Part shown: positions 1 through 12,809 of the stretch, one piece after another | Layout: each line of letters starts with the position of its first letter | Position numbering within the stretch: the first letter of the stretch is position 1 | Assembly (NCBI RefSeq): GCF_963921235.1 | Contig: NC_086097.1 | Location: 77,192,001 to 77,256,000, forward strand | Reading direction: 5' to 3' | DNA length: 64,000 nt | DNA from: Mobula hypostoma | Lineage: Eukaryota | The notes under the pieces: model-generated | Told to the model about the DNA's origin: nothing | What the model saw: only the letters and a program-made list of their open reading frames with translations | Databases searched by the model: none | Translations under genes and position numbers: made by a program

Positions 1-183
1 CTCATTAAACATATGGTCTTATATAATTCACATTCTATCGCTCCAGGTTTCTTAGGAAGAGTGATAAATACTGATTTTTTTGTCTCTTCTGGTATTATTC
101 CAGTCTCATAAATGTCACTGATTAAATAAGTTTTTCTTCAAGGGTGATAATTTGTTCTACTACTAATTCAATAGCTAAGGCTA

Positions 184-3100
184 TTGGGAGAGTTTAAACT
201 AGGATTGCTGGGGGGTGGGAACCAAACTGATGAGACAGACGAAGAGGTAGTTGGCTCACAAATAGAGAAAGATTGGAGACAGTGCGAGAGGAAGGATAGG
301 CAGGTGATAGAGAAGGGACTCGCTCAAACTGATGGTTTGAAATATGTCTATTTTAATGCAAGGAGTATTATGAACAAAGCAGATGAGCTTAGAACGTGGA
401 TCAGTACTTGGAGCTATGATGTTGTGGTCATTACAGAGACTTGGATGGCTCAGGGGAAGAAATGGTTACTTAGAGTGCCAGGCTTTATATGTATCAAAAA
501 GGACAGGGAGAGAGGCAAAAGAGGTGGGGACATGGCACTGTTTATCAGAGATAGTGTCACAGCTGCAGAAAAGGAGGAAGATATGGAGGGATTGTCCACG
601 GAGTCTCTGTGGGTGGAAGTTAGGAAAAGGAAGGGGTCAATAACTCTACTGGGTGTTTTTTTTATAGACCACCCAATAGTAACAGGGACATCAAGGAGCA
701 GATGAGACAGATTCTGGAAAGGTGTAATAACAGGGTTGTCATGGTGGGAGACTTTAATTTCCCAGATATCGATTGGCATGTCACTAGAGCAAGGGGTTTG
801 GATAGGGTGGAGTTTGTCAGGTGCGTTCAAGAAGGTTTCTTGACACAATATATAGATAAGCCTACAAGAGGAGAGGCTGTACTTGATACGGTATTGGGAA
901 ATAAACCTGGTCAGGTGTCAGGTCTCTCAGTGGGAGAGCATTTTGGAGATAGTGATCACAATTCTATCTTCTTTACCATAGCATTGGAGAGGAATAAGAA
1001 CAGACAAGTGAAGAAAGTGTTTAATTGGAGCAAGGGGAAATATGAGGCTCAGGCAGGAACTTGGAAGCGTAAATTGAGAACAGATGCTCTCAGGGAAATG
1101 TAAGGAAGAAATGCGGTAAAAGTTCAGGGGATATTTGCGTGGAGTTCTGCAAAGGTACGTTCCAATGAGACAGGGAAAGGATGGTAGGGTACAGGAACTG
1201 TGGTGTAAAAGGGCTGTTGTAAAAAGAAGAAGAGCTTACGAAAGGCTCAAAAAACTAGGTAATGATAGAGACCTAGGAGATTATAAGGCTAGCAGGAAGA
1301 AGCTTAAGAAAGAAATTAGGACGGCCAGAAGGGGCCATGAGAAGACCTTGGCGGACAGGATTAAGGAAAACCCCAACGCATTCTACAAGTATGTGAAGAG
1401 CAAGAGGATAAGGCGCAAGAGAATAGGACCAATCAAGTATGACAGTGGAAAAGTGTGTATGGAACCGGAGGAGACAGCAGAAGTACTTAATGAATACCTT
1501 GCTTCTGTATTCACTACAGAAAAGGATCTTGGTGACTGTCGCGATGACTTACAGCGGACTGAAAAGCTTGAGCATGTAGATATTAAGAAAGAGGATGCGC
1601 TTGAGCTTTTGGAAAGCATCAATTTGGATAAGTCACCGGGACAGGACGAGATGTACCCGAGGTTACTGTGGGAGGCGAGGGAAGAGGTTGCTGAGCCTCT
1701 GGCGATGATCTTTGCACCCTCAATGGGGACAGGAGAGGTTCCGGAGGATTGGAGGGTTGCAGATGTTGTTCCATTATTCAAGAAAAGGAGTAGAGACAGC
1801 CCACAAAATTATAGACCAGTGAGTCTTACTTCAGTGGTTGGTAAGTTGATGAAGCAGATTGCGAGAGGCAGGATTTATGAACATCTGGAGAGGTATAATA
1901 TGATTAGGAATAGTCAACATGGCTTTGTCAAGGGCAGGTCGTGGCTTACGAGCCTGATTGAATTTTTTGAGGATGTGACTAAACACATTGATGAAGGTAG
2001 AGCAGTAGATGTAGTGTGTATAGATTTCACCAAGGTATTTGACAAGGTACCCCATGTAAGGCTTATTGAGAAAATAAGGAGGCATGGGATCTAAGGGGAC
2101 ATTGCTTTGTGGATTCAGAACTGGCTTGCCCACAGAAGGCAAAGAGTGGTAGTAGACGGGTCATATTCTGCATGGAGGTCAGTCACCAGTAGTGTGTTTC
2201 AGGGATCTGTTCTGGACCCCTACTCTTCGAGATTTCTTTCAATGACCTGGATAAAGAAGTGGAGGGATGGGTTAGTAAATTTGCTGATGACACAAAGGCT
2301 GAAGGCATTGTGGATAGCGTGGAGGGCTGTCAAAGTTTACAGCAGGACGTTGATGGGTTGTAAAACCGAGCTGAGAAGTGGCAGATGGAGTTCAACCCAA
2401 ATAAGCGTGAAGTGGTTCGTTTTGGTAGGTCAAATATGATGGCAGAATATAGTATTAATGGTAAGACTCTTGGCAGTGTGGATGATCAGACGGGATCTTG
2501 GGGTCCGAGTCCATAGGACACTCAAAGCTGCTGCGCAGGTTAACTCTGTGGTTAGGAAAGCATACGGTGCATTGGCCTTTATCAATCGTGGGATTGAGTT
2601 TAGGAGCCGAGAAGTAATGTTACAGCTATATAGGACCCTGGTCAGAACCCTCTTGGAGTACTATGCTCAGTTCTGGTCGCCTCACTACAGGAAGGATGTG
2701 AAACCATAGAAAGGGTGCAGAGGAGATTTACAAGGATGTTGCCTGGATTGGGGAGCATGCCTAACGAGAATAGGTTGAGTGAACTCGGCCTTTTCTCCTT
2801 GAAGCGACGGAGGATGAGAGGTGACATGATAAGAGGTGTACAAGATGATCAGAGGCACTGATTGTGTGGATAGTCAGAGGCTTTTCCCAGGGCTGAAATG
2901 GCTAGCATGAGAGGGCACAGTTTTATGGCACTTGGAAGTAGTTACAGAGGAGATGTCAAAAGCAAGTTTTTTTTAATGCAGAGAGCGGTGAGTGCATGGA
3001 ACGGGTTGTCGGCGGTGGTGGTGGAGGTGGATATGATAGGGTCTTTTAAGACTCTTGGACACATACATGGATCTCAGAAAAATAGAGGGCCATAGGTAAC

Positions 3101-3190
3101 CCTAGGTAATTTCTCAGGTAAGGATATGTTCGGTACAGCTTTGTGGGTTGAAGGGTCTGTACGGTGCTATAGGCTTTCTATGTTTCTAAA
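184..3190 (+). mobile_element. CR1-type LINE, near-complete but disrupted ORF2 (APE endonuclease + reverse transcriptase), in EMC7 intron 4
   Basis: Successive ORF fragments: YFNARSIMNK..VITETW and VGDFNFPDIDW..SDHN (APE endonuclease); NYRPVSLTSVVGK, QHGFVKGRS, DFTKVFDKVPH (RT); QFWSPHYRKD (CR1 C-terminus). Fragments are separated by frameshifts and stops. 3' tail TTCTATGTTTCTA near 3176-3188. Confidence 0.95.
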
Positions 3191-3772
3191 TACAGGCCAA
3201 TGAGATTAGCTCAGTTAGGCAACTTGAAGGACATGAACAAGTTGGAGTGACAGGCCTGTTCTCTGTACTATACGAGTCTAACTCTATGATCTTATAAACG
3301 TCTCCATTTTAACAATATTTGTAAAATCAACTATCACCCAAGTTTAAAGTTAGAACTTTGAGAATCTCATAGCTAAAGATATCTGGGCATCAATGGGTAT
3401 ACTAGTCAAGCCTTACAACACATTATGAAATGACCAGATTCGGAAACATATTCAACTATTTTATTTATACTTCTGCCGAGTATCACAAAATTATATTACC
3501 TCATTATACAAAGAGGTACAACTAGTTCTTGGAAACTATAAGTGAATTGATCAACCAAGTTAGTTAATGTAAGGTTATCAGGTGAAGGTTGCCATGAATC
3601 CAATATTTCAAATCCTGTTCTGTACTTCCCTCAAATTGCATCCCAGTTGCTTAACAGCATACCAGAAGCATTCTTTTGAAATTGATAATACACGGTCCAT
3701 TTTGAAATCTAGATGAAATTTCTCTTCACTAACTTTGTCACACAGTATTTGAATTTAACGCTGATTACTCAC

Positions 3773-3853
3773 CCTTCTCATCTCAGGATCATTAGTGTTG
3801 ACCACTTTAGGCAACAAGAGGATGATCAGCAGGGGAAGAACCATCATCATTAC
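3773..3853 (-). CDS. EMC7: ER membrane protein complex subunit 7, coding exon 4 ([29 protein letters not shown] helix)
   Basis: 81 bp, flanked by ttcacag and gtgagt, phase 0/0. Near-identical to vertebrate EMC7 [27 protein letters not shown]. The final exon is not in the window. Confidence 0.96.
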
Positions 3854-3894
3854 CTGTGAAGTTGCAACAAATACAAATCTTATTAAGTTATTAT

Positions 3895-4140
3895 TATTAT
3901 TTAAGCGTGTCGTACCGGACATACTGCCATTCTTGTCTGGCATGTGGTGTCAGGATTAACCGGGTCATGTTATGAACGTTCCTGACTTGACCCTTGTATT
4001 TTTTATGAGGCCGAGTGGCTAGCTTGACACTCAATCCAGCACGGATGGTAACTGTGCTCGGGAGTGGCCCGACCTGGATTCGAACTCGGGAACCTTCGCT
4101 CTGGAGTCTGGCGCTGATCTCACTGTGCCACCAGCCAGCC
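3895..4140 (-). mobile_element. tRNA-derived SINE with 14-bp target-site duplication
   Basis: Minus-strand head GGCTGGCTGGTGGCACAGTGAG (A box) ... GAGTTCGAATCC (B box); (AAT)n tail. TSD TATTAAGTTATTAT at 3881-3894 and 4141-4154. Confidence 0.85.
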
Positions 4141-4924
4141 TATTAAGTTATTATAAATGAAGTTTTCACTGACTTTCAGCACATCTGAGGAAAACTATGT
4201 GATACAACGCCAAACTTTTATCATTAAAAATAATTATGTATAACGTTGCAACCAAAGCAAGCACAACGCTACAGAAAGATGAAAAAGAAAACTGTCAAAC
4301 AATGTTAAGTATGTAATTTTCCCTTAGCCTATTTCTTGAAATTGACAGTACATTTGTATAAACTAAGCCAGCCAATTAATTCTAATTTATAATGGTAAAT
4401 CATACCAGTAACTGCTTGAAGTGTTTATATTTCAGTACAGACTACTCAAAAGATTGCAAAAATTCCTGGCTGAATCAAACTTACCTCAATCATTACCCTG
4501 ACTCCACCCAAACCCATGACTGAAAATTCTTTTGAGCAACTGAGGAATTGCTTCATGACTGCTGCTAACCTCTGAGCCTGACCTACAGCATAAAGAAGAA
4601 TTAGGAAGGCAAGGGTGGTTGAATGCAGAATGGGCTTGTTCCATAAAAAGTGTACTGTGCAGCTGCTTTCGCTAAAAAAAGTTCTGCAATATAGATGAAC
4701 ATTAAGATGGCTTATACATTGATTACCTTCCCATTCTTCCTCAATTAGAATACAAGAATGAATAATAATTTCTTCCTTAACTACACAACTTAAGACAGTT
4801 ACTGTCTGTTACTTAAGAAATATCTTAAAATGCTCAATGTAAATTACTTTTTTTAAATAGTCATTGTCATTGGAGACAAACATTAATTATCAGATTAAAG
4901 TAACAATTTCCCACAAATAGCAAT

Positions 4925-5543
4925 TGTAATACCCTGGTTCACATTTTTATTGTTATGCTGTAGGTATTTCATTTAGCAGTTCTGTAAGAGCAGTCTGTTC
5001 TGCTTTCAGACTGTTTGGGTTACTGTTGAAGATAAGGGATGATGAGGAACGTGTACCATTCAATTAGGATGGTGGAACTGGGGGAGATTTTTTTTGGTGA
5101 GGGACTCCAAGGTTGGTCTTGGGACGTTTGTCTGGCGGGAGATGAAGAGAGAAGGTGCTGGAGAGAACAGTTCGCAGGATTCGACCCGGTGCGGGACCGT
5201 TATTTGATGAAGCCAGGTGCTGAAATCGATTGAGGATGAGTGAATACAGTGAAACGTTGAGCTCTAACTTGTGCACATTTGACTGCTTAATTACAATGGG
5301 CCCTTTTCTTTTTGTTTTTCTTACTAACCTTTTAGTTAAGATTCAAAAATACGATTCTTTTAACCGTATGCAGTGTACTGTCTGTTATTTTGCGGCACTA
5401 ATTTGTAACAAGGTAGCAAATTACACAGCATTCACACAAACCAAGGTTTGGGGTGGGAGAGCCGTCTCAATCTCACAGGTATGGCGGGACCTGAGAGTCT
5501 CTTCCCTAGACTTGTGCAACCAAGGAAACCAGGGGGTTTCACA
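4925..5543. mobile_element. Probable solo LTR (Gypsy-like), in EMC7 intron 3
   Basis: Starts TGTAATACCCTGGTT and ends AACCAGGGGGTTTCACA (TG...CA with imperfect terminal inverted repeats). About 620 bp and more GC/CpG-rich than its flanks. TSD imperfect. Confidence 0.65.
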
Positions 5544-5828
5544 AATAAGTTTAAATTATTAGTTGGTTTGCTCCAACAATGTAGAATAAAGGCCAATTAA
5601 TTATTGGGAAGCTTTCCCTTCTTTTGTTTTTGGGAAGTATTACAGGGCTGTTAGTACCTAGCTGGCAAAGTGAGAAAGTCATAATAACACATCCACCACT
5701 ATTTAATGACAAGTAATAAAATTCCAAATAAAATTTTTTGAATATATTGTGCAGAACCATCTTTTAGCCTCCAGTTGCATAAGAACAATGTAAAGAGACT
5801 TAGCAATGTATCTTTGACAAACACGTAC

Positions 5829-5967
5829 CATAGGATTCATGAGGAAATCTGTCCAACCCCATGTTTCTCGCTTCATGAAGTATGGAGGAGGACCAGAAGA
5901 TTTGATTTGTATCGGATATGGTAGCCTAATGACTTCAGATGCCTTTAAATAATTCACCTGCCTTGCC
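5829..5967 (-). CDS. EMC7: EMC7 coding exon 3 ([46 protein letters not shown])
   Basis: 139 bp, ttaccag acceptor and gtacgt donor, phase 2/0. Matches EMC7 [47 protein letters not shown]. Confidence 0.97.
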
Positions 5968-6300
5968 CTGGTAAGAAAGCAAATAATGAGGAAGTATTTT
6001 CTTGTCCAAAATGCAGCAACTATTTTCTACCCTTTTGTTTCATTTAGAAATTGCCCTAATTTGTTAAGGTGTTGAGTTTAATTTATTCACATATGATCCT
6101 AAACAAAGGCAAAGGCTGGGAACTATTTAAAATTTGAAAGCAAATATAAGCTTTACTAAAGTAGTTATGGTTTGTTTTTAATCTTACTGACTAAAACCAA
6201 CATGATATACATTTAAAAAATGTGTTTCTAAACCTATCAAGATACATGATGTCATGTTGCAGTACAAGAAAATCAACTCCAAATGTTGGAACACTCTTAC

Positions 6301-6420
6301 CTGATTTTACCTTTGGAGGTGATGTCAACTCTCACAGGCTCAAAGCGGTATGCTGGTGAAACAATTTCCACTACATATGATCCAGAAGGGACATCATTTA
6401 CAGTGAAAGTTCCATCTGTC
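6301..6420 (-). CDS. EMC7: EMC7 coding exon 2 ([40 protein letters not shown])
   Basis: 120 bp, tttatag acceptor and gtaaga donor, phase 2/2. Translated by hand; matches EMC7. Confidence 0.97.
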
Positions 6421-7357
6421 CTATAAAGTAAGTTATATTGTATGAAATACTTAGCCATTCAATAAAGAAATATAATTTTAAGTTCCCACACACTGTGTCA
6501 CTGTAATGCAATATTAAGTACTGCAAGAAGACAAAGGACAAAATTTCTCAGTTGCACTCAATGCCTAACATACCTAATCACTGTGGAAAATAGAACCATA
6601 GTTCTGAAGGTGACGAAAACGATGAAGACATTCTTGTGTAGAAATCTAAAATGGTTCTTGAAGACTGTGTTTTGAATGAAGATTGGGTTTTCACCCATGA
6701 AAGAACGCAACAATAAAGGCACCAAAGCACTGTGTGCTAAGTGCTTTTTTTCCAAACTGAACAATGATGACAAAACAAATTCTAACTATATAAAGGCAAG
6801 TTCTTATGCAAAGTATGAACATCACACAGAAGTACCCCTGAAATCGGGCAGTGGAGGCAAAAAACCAGAATTAAGGAGCAGCTGGACACTGCTAGGATTG
6901 ACCAATCAAATTCTTCTGGGTTGATGGATTAGGAGTGAATATATTCTTTCATATTTGCAAGAAATTTAAAAAACAATACTTGTTTTTATATACCTTTCAA
7001 ATTTGTCAATGATTCTTTCTGACTGTAGAACAATAATCTTGTTATTACTTGCTAATGCTTCAAGAATATCCCGAACATATACAGATCACTCTGAGATCCA
7101 ACTAATCCTCTTTGTTGATCATCAAAGGCCTTAGTGAGCTTAAATTAAAATACATCAAATCAAATTATTAATAAATTAAGTTCGCCATTTCCCCATAAGA
7201 GTTATTTGCTACATTGCATCCCAGTAATAAACATCATGAAAAGTACACAAGGGACTTCCGAACTGCACACAATCTGCAAATCAACAAGCCACTTGTAGCC
7301 ATGTTGACAGAGCAACTGAGGACAAAATTTACTTCCTCAAGACACGCGTGGAGGAGT

Positions 7358-7770
7358 TCAAAGTAAATTTATTATCAAAGTATAATGTCACCATATACTA
7401 CCCTGAGATTCATTTTCAAATAAACACAACAGAATCAATGAAAAACTGCACACAAGGACACACAAACAACCAATGTGCTGAAGCCAACAAACTGTGCAAA
7501 TAGAAAAAAAAAGCAAATAATAATAAATAAATATTGAGAACATGATTTTTAGAGTCCTTGAAAGTGAGTCTATAGGTTGTGGAATCAGTTCACTGTTGGG
7601 GTGAGTGAAATTATCTACTCTGGTTCAAGAGCCTGATGGTTGAGGGTAATAACTGTTCTTAAAACTGGTGATATGGGACTCAAGGCTCCTGTATCTCCTT
7701 CCTGATGGTGACAGTGAGAAGACAGCATGACCTGGATGTTGGAGTCCTTGATGATGGATGCTGTACTCCT
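7358..7770 (-). mobile_element. Rex1/Babar-type LINE, 3' fragment
   Basis: Minus-strand ORF HPGHAVFSLSPSGRRYRSLESHITSFKNSYYPQ (Rex1/Babar C-terminus); tail TTTGATAATAAATTTACTTTGAA. Confidence 0.8.
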
Positions 7771-7789
7771 GCAGTGTGTTTTCAAGAAG

Positions 7790-10200
7790 ACATTCAAACC
7801 AGAGTTCCTGGATAAACCTGGAGATCTGCAATGTACTAAAGGCAAGATCTGGAGTGCTTACAACCAGTGATCCAGAACTCTGCAAGAAGTCCATGTATAT
7901 CCTACAGAAGGCCATCATAAAAGCAAAAAAGCAATTCAGCGTGAAGTTAATCGGATGCATGACAGTTATGGTAGAGTTTACATGCCATTACTTTCGAAAA
8001 GATGAAACCCAACAGGACAAATGGCAGTGACGCTTCACTCCCTGAGGAGTTCAACATCTTTTATGCATTGAAAGGGAAAACAACACTACATCACTGCAAA
8101 TCCCCATAGACTCTGATGACCTTGTGATCTTTGTCTCAAAGGCTGACGTCAGAACATCCTTCAAGAGAAAATCCTTGAAAAGGCATTAGACTCCAAGCAT
8201 ACCAGTCAGGGTACTGAAAACCTGTGCCAAACAACTGTCCTTGAAAACTCCAGCAATCTTTAACCTCCCACTGCTGCAGTCAGAGGATCCCAGCTATTTC
8301 AAAAGGGTATCAATCATACCGCAGAGCAAGGTGAGCTGCCTCAATTATTAATTCCAGTAGATGTGAGTGCTACTGGGGATAAGTGGTTTAAAACGCTGGT
8401 CGTGGCCTGAATTAACTACTGCCTGAACAATAATGTGGACCTTCTGCAATTTGCCTACCGCCACAACAGCTCCATAACAGACATGGTGTCCCTGATACTT
8501 CACTTGGCTTTGGTGCACCTGCACAATCATAAGACATACACAAGGCTATTGTTTATTGATTATAGGTTAGCATCCAACACCATCAATCAACAAGCTTCAA
8601 AACCTGGGCACCTGTACTTCTCTCTGCAACCAGATCCTTAACTTCCTTACTGGGAGACCACAGACAGTGCAGATTGGTAACAACATCCCCTCTTTACAGA
8701 CAATGAGCACTGGTGCACCTCAAGGATGTGCGCTTAAGGCTGATTTATACTTCTGCGTAGTAGCCTACACCATTGTGAGCATTTATACTTGTGTGTTGGT
8801 GTGTCTGCGTCGCTTTGCAATTCACCACCAAATCGCTAGTTAGCAGTGGGGTCTCTATGCCACTGTGTTGAGTTTCTTCGTGTTAAAACTCAACATGAAG
8901 AAACTCAAACTTCAAACAATGGCGACTGAAACTGAAGGAGGGTGAATTTTCTGTGCTTGTCCGGCCACTGAGAGACATGGACAAGGAAGTGCATTTCAAA
9001 TATTTTCTGATGTCGGCAGGTAGATTTGACGATTTGGTTCATCATCTCCAACCATTTATTTCACATCAGTGTACGCACAGTATACTCAGAGACTGGCAAT
9101 CACCATTCGAATTTTAGCTTCAGGTGGAAGTCAACAGGCTGTAGCAGCTAGCTACAACTGGCATCAAGCACAGGGTCCTCCATAATTTCGGATGTCTGTA
9201 AATTTTATGGAAAGCATTGCAGTCACAGTTCCTTCCCTGCTCTTCAGTCGCCCAATGGGAAGCTATTGCAGTGTAGGAGGAAATGCAATGCCACCAAACG
9301 GACCAATCACAGTTGTTGCGGTCTGCATCGCTGCGACGTGTAGTTACATTTTTGGGGAGGTATGCGTCAGGCTACAGTGTAGGGTATGCAGCTACGCCGT
9401 ACCTACGGCATCGATTTGACGCAGACGTATAAATTGGCCTTTAGCCCATTGCTCTAAGCTCTCTACACCTGTGACTGTGTGGCTAGGCACAGCTCAAATG
9501 CCATCTGTAAATTTGCTGATGACACAACTACTGATGGCAGAATTTCAGATGGCAATGGGGAGTAGGGAGTGAGAGAAAATGGCTGCTTGAATGGCATCTC
9601 AACTACTTGGCACTCGACATCAGCAAAAGCAAGGAATTTACTGCGAACTTCAAGGTGAAATAGGGAGAGCACACAGCCTCATCAACAAAAGGGTGAGAGC
9701 AGCTTCATGGTCCTGGATGTCAGCATCTCAGAGGATCTACCCTGGGCCCAACATATTGATACAATTACAAAGATATGCCAAGGCTATACATCACTAGGAG
9801 TTTGAGGTGATTGGGCAGAGACTTCAGCAAGTTTCTACAATGCACTGTGGAGAGCATTCTGACTGGTTGAATCAGCCCTCCCCAGCATTGCGGACATCTT
9901 CAAAAGGTGATGGCTCAAGAAGGCGGCATCCATTTTAAGGATCCTCACTATTGGGGACCTGCCCTCTTCTCATTACAGCCATCTGGGAGGAGGTACAGAA
10001 GCCTGAAGATCCACACTCAGTTTTTTAAGAATAGTTTTTTCCCTCCACCATCCAATTTCTGAATGGCCCAGGAACACTACCGCTCTATCCCTCCTTTGCA
10101 CTACTTATTTGTAACTTATAGCAATTTTTATGTCTTAAACTACACTGCTGCCACAAAGCACAAATTTCACAACATATGTCAGTCATAATAAACCTGATTC
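7790..10200 (+). mobile_element. Degenerate Rex1/Babar-type LINE (RT region to 3' end), split by a Harbinger insertion
   Basis: DLLQFAYRHN..RLLFIDY, TGAPQGC(A)LSP, KFADDTT motifs, and 3' tail AATAAACCTGATTCTG near 10186-10202. Confidence 0.85.
8737..9440 (+). mobile_element. Non-autonomous PIF/Harbinger DNA transposon with transposase remnant
   Basis: TIRs AGGCTGATTTATACTTCTGCGT and ACGCAGACGTATAAATTGGCCT; 3-bp TSD TTA at 8734-8736 and 9441-9443. Internal [22 protein letters not shown] (HARBI1-like). Removing the element restores the host RT motif PQGCALSPLL. Confidence 0.9.
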
Positions 10201-10574
10201 TGGACACATCCGAGCCCTGGTTCCAGCGGAGGAGGAGACCTAGTGAGCGGAAAGGGAGCATAGCAACTGGGGCCCTGGCTTCCACATTTCCTTTCCATTG
10301 AACCAGGCCCTGGTTCTCATGCTAATTTTTCCCTGGTACTAATGTTTCCTTTCAGTTCTCTGGGATGATTGGAATGTGAGGTGTGGTCAGAAATAATATC
10401 AATTGTCGTAAAAATCTGTTAGTCTGGCACCACCAAATTCCTGATTGTGCTAAATTTATAATTTTCAGTGGGAGGCCAGTTAAGAGTGTATTGGAAAAAT
10501 GTAGAAGAACACAACAGTATCAATTTAGTTGCTAGCACAAGACAACAATTCTACTCATATCAATTCATAACAAT

Positions 10575-11262
10575 ATAACCATATAACAATTACAGCACGG
10601 AAACAGGCCATCTCGGCCCTTCTAGTCCGTGCTGAACTCTTACCCTATCCTAGTCCCACCAACCTGCACTCAGCCCATAACCCTCTATTCCTTTCCTGTC
10701 CATATATCTATCTAATTTAACTTTAAATGACAACATAGAACCTGCCTCAACCACTTCTGCTGGAAGCTCATTCCACACAGCTACCGCTCTCTGAGTAAAG
10801 AAGTTCCCCCTCATGTTACCCCTAAGCTTTTGTCCTCTAACTCTCAACCTATGTCCTCTTGTTTGAATCTTCCCCACTCTCAATGGAAAAAAGTCTAACC
10901 ACGCCAACTCTATCAATTCCCCTCATAACTTTAAACACCTCTATCAAGTCCCCCCTCAGCCTTCTACACTCCAAAGAATAAAGACCTAACTTGTTCAACC
11001 TTTCTCTGTAACTTAGATGAAACCCAAGCAACATTTTAGTAAACCTCTTCTGTACTCTCTCAATTTTATTGACATCTTTCCTATAATTCGGTGACCAGAA
11101 CTGTACACAATACTCCAGATTTGGCCTTACCAATGCCTTATACAAATTCAACATTACATCCCAACTCAATGCTCTGATTAATAAAGGCCAGCAAACCAAA
11201 AGCTTTCTTCACCACCCTATCCACTTGAGAGTCCATCTTCAGAGAACTATGCACCATTATTC
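10575..11262 (-). mobile_element. CR1 LINE, 3' fragment
   Basis: ORFs LYKALVRPNLEYCVQFWSPNYRKD and TRGHRLRVRG..NFFTQRAVAVWNELP, followed by the 3' UTR and tail. Confidence 0.93.
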
Positions 11263-11399
11263 ACCAAATTATGAATCACTTTTCCTAATTTTGGGCTTTC
11301 AAGATCTACTGGAGTTACACCAGCAGGAGTGATATCCTGTTGAATCCTACAAAGCAAGTCCAAAATCCAATCTTTGGCCTGTATTGAGAGGCTAATTGC

Positions 11400-11790
11400 A
11401 CCTAAGTTTATAGCTGGGAAGCAATAATTAGAATCTTGGTTTCCATTCCCACTCTAGAGTAGCATAATCCAGGCACACAACAGGCTGTCACGAGGTATAT
11501 TGTCAGAAATCAGACATCTTGGGTTGGTATTAAACTGAGACTTTACAATCTCAGGTGGAAGCAAGAAGTCTGATGGCAGAGCTGACATTTCATCCCAATC
11601 TCCTGTCCATACTTATACCTCAAAAAAATCACTAAATCAGATTATGAGGACATTACATTGCTGTTTGTGGGAGCAAATTGGCAGCTGAGTTTTCAACATT
11701 ATACCATAAAAAGAAAACTGAAAGATCATTAAGGATTTTTAAAGCAACTTGTTTTTAGGTTCTGAAAAATTGAGGAATAAATACACCTTT
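11400..11790 (+). mobile_element. Old DeuSINE (SacSINE1/AmnSINE1-like) in EMC7 intron 1
   Basis: Contains AATCACTAAATCAGATTAT..CATTACATTGCTGTTTGTGGGAGC..AAATTGGCAGCTG, recognised from memory as the Deu-domain/3' region of DeuSINEs. Heavily diverged. Confidence 0.6.
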
Positions 11791-12123
11791 TTTGATTCAA
11801 TGAACCAGTCTAAGCAATTCCAAATAGAAATCCTAAACTGTTCCTCCACCACCACCACTTTCCACACCCTTGTATAAACGGGCTATTTCTCCTTTGCACC
11901 AAATTTAGAGAGTTTTAGTCATAGCTAGCACCATTGTTTATACAATTAAAGAAAACACCTTGAGACTGGCATCTTGCGCCTACTGGCAGCCGTAGGTTAA
12001 CAGATGACCCAGCGAGCCCTCCGCCCTGGGCCTACAGCCACCTCTTCTCCCCACTCCACACCCTCTCTGCGCCCTCCCCCAACTTCTGTTCCCCCCCCCA
12101 CCTCCCTTCTCCACGGCCGTTAC

Positions 12124-12335
12124 TTGAAGAAGCCGACGTGCTCCTCTCCCTCAACCAGCACCCGCGCCGTGTAAATCCAGTCCTGCGGCTTGACTCCTGG
12201 CACCACTGCTCTGCCCTCGATCTTAAACCTTTCCCCACTGATGCCTTCGGCCTCCGAGCCAGCGCATAGCCACCAGTGAGCTGTCAGCAGCAAATACGGG
12301 AGGAACCGAGAACAGCAGCACACCGGCGCCATCAT
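12124..12335 (-). CDS. EMC7: EMC7 coding exon 1 (signal peptide + [36 protein letters not shown])
   Basis: ATG ATG GCG starts at 12335, with a second ATG at 12332; 212 bp ending AA|gtaacg, phase 2. Matches EMC7 [36 protein letters not shown]. Confidence 0.96.
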
Positions 12336-12560
12336 TCTGCCTCCACCAAGGAGGTGCGCAGCCGCACTGTCACCGTCACCTCTGACCCCAGAGGAGCCTT
12401 GGGCCCTGGTCGCACCGATTATTCTAACGTGGAAGTTTCGCAGTCTGGTTGCGATATGTGTTGGAGATGCAAGTTTCTTAAGAAGTAATTCTAACTTTAT
12501 GAAAAAAAAACCTGAGATCAAACTGCGTAGAGCCGGGACTATAAAAATGGGATACCCGGA
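12336..12560 (-). promoter_or_regulatory. EMC7 5' UTR / CpG-rich promoter region
   Basis: Local GC/CpG enrichment from about 11980 to 12560 around exon 1, in an otherwise CpG-poor window. Confidence 0.6.
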
Positions 12561-12809
12561 GAGAAAAAGTTAATCCACGTCTTGCATTTCAAATATCATT
12601 TTATTTTACAATTCAACATGACTTTACTATACCATTGTGCTTTTATTTCAACGATCGACCAAGTGGCCCTTTTTAAAATGATATCATATTTAAGAATGCC
12701 TTTGTTCGTGTGAAAGAAAAGATGTTCAGTTTTCAGGTCATCGTTATGGGAGCATTATGTAACCGGAGTCATTGAAAATAGGTTGTAGGAGTAGACGATT
12801 CGGCTGTAT

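Noticed and set aside
4060..4140. tRNA gene
   Set aside because: A and B boxes are present, but they form the head of a SINE with a tail and TSD, and there is no clean cloverleaf.
12336..12521. 62-aa N-terminal extension of EMC7 in the ORF track
   Set aside because: It starts at a non-ATG codon and runs through promoter/UTR sequence. The signal peptide begins at the ATG at 12335 or 12332.
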